From positions 1 through 43,759 of the forward strand of contig JAHEXT010000001.1 of NCBI GenBank assembly GCA_023251945.1: DNA of 43,759 bases, in the 5' to 3' direction. Of the stretch, positions 41,733 to 43,759 are shown in pieces. Below the pieces are notes generated by a model. It ran no database searches. It was given only the letters and a program-made list of their open reading frames with translations, and was not told where the DNA came from. This DNA comes from Actinomycetes bacterium. Its GTDB lineage: Bacteria; Actinomycetota; Thermoleophilia; Gaiellales; Gaiellaceae. Each line of letters opens with the position of its first letter. Position 1 is the stretch's first letter. Both the position numbers and the translations under genes were made by a program.

Positions 41733-43759
41733 TCAGTCTAGGGAGTCGAGAGCGAGCGCGATCGCGTCGTCGAGGGACAGTGACCGCCCTTGCTCCCAGG
41801 CCTCGGCATAGGCCGCATCATCGAGCTGCTCGTGGATGATCGCGAGTGTCCCCTCATTCACGTCCGTCATGTACATGCGTGGAGTCGCGCCACGCTCCTC
41901 ATGTAGCGATGCTGCAGCGGACAGAAGCCGCGTAGCGACCTCTGAGTGTCCCTCCACCGTCAGGGCTCGCGCGAAGCTGCAGACGTTCAGCACAACCTCG
42001 TCCCACACTTCGCCGACCTTGCGCCAGAGACGAGTGCTCTCGACCAGCAGCGAGATCGCGTCCTGAACGCGGCCGTCCTCGACTGCATACAAACCGAGCG
42101 CGCCGAGCGCCGTGGCCTCCATCTCCAGGTTGCGCGTGGCGCGCGCCGCGACCAGGTTGTGTGCGGCCAGCTCTTCGGCACGATCTCGCTGCCCGAGCTT
42201 GAAGCACGCCAACGCGAGGAGATCCGTTGCCCGCAGCGTGCCCTCCACGTCGTCCAACTCGCGAAATGCCCGGAGGCTGTCCTCGAAGCGCCGCTGCGCC
42301 GTCGTCCAGTCGGATGCGTCGGCGGCCGCGTGCCCCAACCCAAAGGTGCAGTAGGCGACACCCCAGGCGTCGCCGAGCTGGCGGTAAAGCGCAAGCGCCT
42401 CTTTGTCCCGTTGCTCCCCGGTCGCGAGCTCCCCGCGCGTGAGCGCTATCATGGCCGCTCCGTGGAGGGCCCTGGCACGGGCCGCCGTCGGCGTCTCGTC
42501 CGCTCGGAGCACGCCGTCGAGACGATGCCAGGCCTCGATCACGTGTCCCCTCTCGTACCAGAATCGCGAGAGGGTTCCTGCCAGCCGGAGGGCGAGCTGG
42601 CTCTCACCCGCAGCCTCGAACTCGTCGAGCGCCGCACGGAGGTTGTCGTGCTCCGCCTCCATCTCGTCGAGCCATTCGCGCGATACCGGGACGTCTCGGG
42701 GTACCGACTCCGCGAGCGCCAGGAACCGCTCCGCATGCCGTCGCCGCAGCTCCGTGGCCTCGCCCGACTCGTCGAGCCGCTCTGCCGCATACTCGCGAAT
42801 CGTCTCCAGCATCCAGTACCGCTCGCCCGAGTACCGAACGAGGCTCTTCTCGACCAGCGACGGCAGGATTTCGAGGTCGGCGTCCGCGACCTCCTCAGCA
42901 GCCTCGAGCGTGCAGCCGCCGGCGAAGACGGAGATGCGCGCGAAGAGCTGCTGCTCCTCGGGTGAGAGGAGGTCGTAGCTCCACTCGATCGTCGCTCGCA
43001 GCGTCTGCTGGCGCGGATCGGAGTCGCGGCCGCCCTTGAGCAGGTCGAGCCTGCCTGCCAGGCGCTCGAGGATCTGGGCGGGGGAAAGCGCCTTCGTGCG
43101 AGCCGCGGCGAGCTCGACGGCGAGCGGGAGCGAGTCGAGCCGCGCGCACAGCTCGGCGATCTCGTCGGAGGGCCCGAGCTGTGAGCGCTCGCAAAAGAGG
43201 CTGACGGCCTCCGGCTCGGCGAGCGGAGGGACGGGGTACTCGACCTCGCCCTGCACGCGCAAGAGCTCGCGGCTCGTGACGAGCAGGGTCAGGTTGGGGC
43301 AGGCGCTGAGGAGACTCGAGAGCTCGCGCGCACACTCGATCACCTGCTCGAGGTTGTCGAGGAGCAGGAGCAGCTCGCGCTCGCCGATGTGCTCTGCTAG
43401 GCCGTCCTTGGCGCCGAGCGTCTGGGCGATCGTCTCGGTGACGAGGGCAGGATCGCGAAGCGAGGCGAGACCGACCCAGAAGACGCCTGCCTTATAGGCC
43501 GGGACGAGAGTGGTTGCTGCCTCGAGCGCGAGCCGGGTCTTGCCCGTGCCCCCGGGCCCGGTGAGGGTGAGAAGGCGCGCTCCTTGCTGGATCTTCGAGA
43601 GCACGTCTTCGAGCTCTGTCTCGCGGCCCAGGAAAGAGCTCGCCGGCCGCGGGAGGTTCGTGTTCGAGATCGTCTTGAGCGGCGGGAAGGAGGCGTCGCC
43701 GAGTTGGAAGATCGAGACCGGCTCGGCGAAGTCCTTCAAGCGATGCTCACCCAGATCGG
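41733..43759 (-). CDS. STAND-type P-loop NTPase with C-terminal TPR repeats; the N-terminal (probably class III cyclase-like) part runs off the window
   Basis: The frame stays open to the window end (DLGEHRLKDFAEPVSIFQL is the usual junction after a cyclase-type domain). Walker A LTGPGGTGKTRLAL, Walker B LLLLDNLEQ, then long TPR-like helical repeats. Confidence 0.75.
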   Translation of the reverse strand, partial: DLGEHRLKDFAEPVSIFQLGDASFPPLKTISNTNLPRPASSFLGRETELEDVLSKIQQGARLLTLTGPGGTGKTRLALEAATTLVPAYKAGVFWVGLASLRDPALVTETIAQTLGAKDGLAEHIGERELLLLLDNLEQVIECARELSSLLSACPNLTLLVTSRELLRVQGEVEYPVPPLAEPEAVSLFCERSQLGPSDEIAELCARLDSLPLAVELAAARTKALSPAQILERLAGRLDLLKGGRDSDPRQQTLRATIEWSYDLLSPEEQQLFARISVFAGGCTLEAAEEVADADLEILPSLVEKSLVRYSGERYWMLETIREYAAERLDESGEATELRRRHAERFLALAESVPRDVPVSREWLDEMEAEHDNLRAALDEFEAAGESQLALRLAGTLSRFWYERGHVIEAWHRLDGVLRADETPTAARARALHGAAMIALTRGELATGEQRDKEALALYRQLGDAWGVAYCTFGLGHAAADASDWTTAQRRFEDSLRAFRELDDVEGTLRATDLLALACFKLGQRDRAEELAAHNLVAARATRNLEMEATALGALGLYAVEDGRVQDAISLLVESTRLWRKVGEVWDEVVLNVCSFARALTVEGHSEVATRLLSAAASLHEERGATPRMYMTDVNEGTLAIIHEQLDDAAYAEAWEQGRSLSLDDAIALALDSLD

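Noticed and set aside
41733-43759. STAND NTPase as an antiphage Avs-like or other defence system
   Set aside because: The architecture (cyclase junction motif, P-loop, TPR) matches the abundant actinobacterial signalling-regulator family. No nuclease, protease, TIR, Sir2 or other effector domain is visible, and there is no defence-island context.
1-43759. Mobile elements, prophage or genomic-island boundaries
   Set aside because: No integrase, transposase, terminal inverted repeats flanking a gene block, tRNA attachment site or obvious compositional break was seen. The only AT-richer patches are short promoter-like gaps.

Overview
Very GC-rich, gene-dense chromosomal window with about 46 supportable CDSs and almost no non-coding DNA. 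I saw no rRNA, tRNA, CRISPR array, transposase or integrase. Protein families and codon style suggest a deep-branching high-GC actinobacterium (Thermoleophilia/Rubrobacteria-like), but this is inference only. Blocks: (a) 1-4.4 kb, 7.1-14.8 kb and 25.5-32.1 kb carry cell-envelope glycan assembly and modification genes: Wzx flippase, O-antigen-ligase-like protein, CE4-like and two PIG-L deacetylases, ATP-grasp ligase, sulfotransferase, alpha/beta-hydrolase::formyltransferase fusion, DUF354, CapD dehydratase, DegT aminotransferase and a phosphodiester glycosidase. (b) 4.5-7.0 kb is a secreted copper module: a two-domain multicopper oxidase flanked by two cupredoxins, plus a small secreted protein. 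(c) 14.9-21.7 kb is a translationally coupled minus-strand sulfur operon: flavoprotein, Fe-S hydro-lyase alpha and beta, ComA, CysH, CysC, Sat, TauE. (d) 21.8-25.5 kb holds a CBS protein, a methyltransferase, a small TM protein and a LysR regulator with an Fe-ADH. (e) 32.1-41.7 kb holds futalosine-pathway menaquinone genes (mqnC, mqnA, mqnE, polyprenyl synthase, ubiE, ubiX, ubiD-like) interleaved with a Bacillus-type qcrABC menaquinol:cytochrome c reductase. (f) 41.7-43.8 kb is a partial cyclase-linked STAND/TPR regulator. The most interesting candidate is block (c). It feeds sulfite into phosphosulfolactate synthase, then encodes look-alikes of fumarase and fumarate reductase instead of any known ComA partner. 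That fits an undescribed organosulfonate pathway (sulfolactate -> sulfoacrylate -> sulfopropanoate logic). Method note: many long track ORFs are over-extended at the N-terminus into the upstream gene. I refined starts by codon arithmetic from the ORF track, and most true starts sit in ATGA/GTGA start-stop overlaps. Base-level coordinates of small repeats may be off by 1-2 nt.
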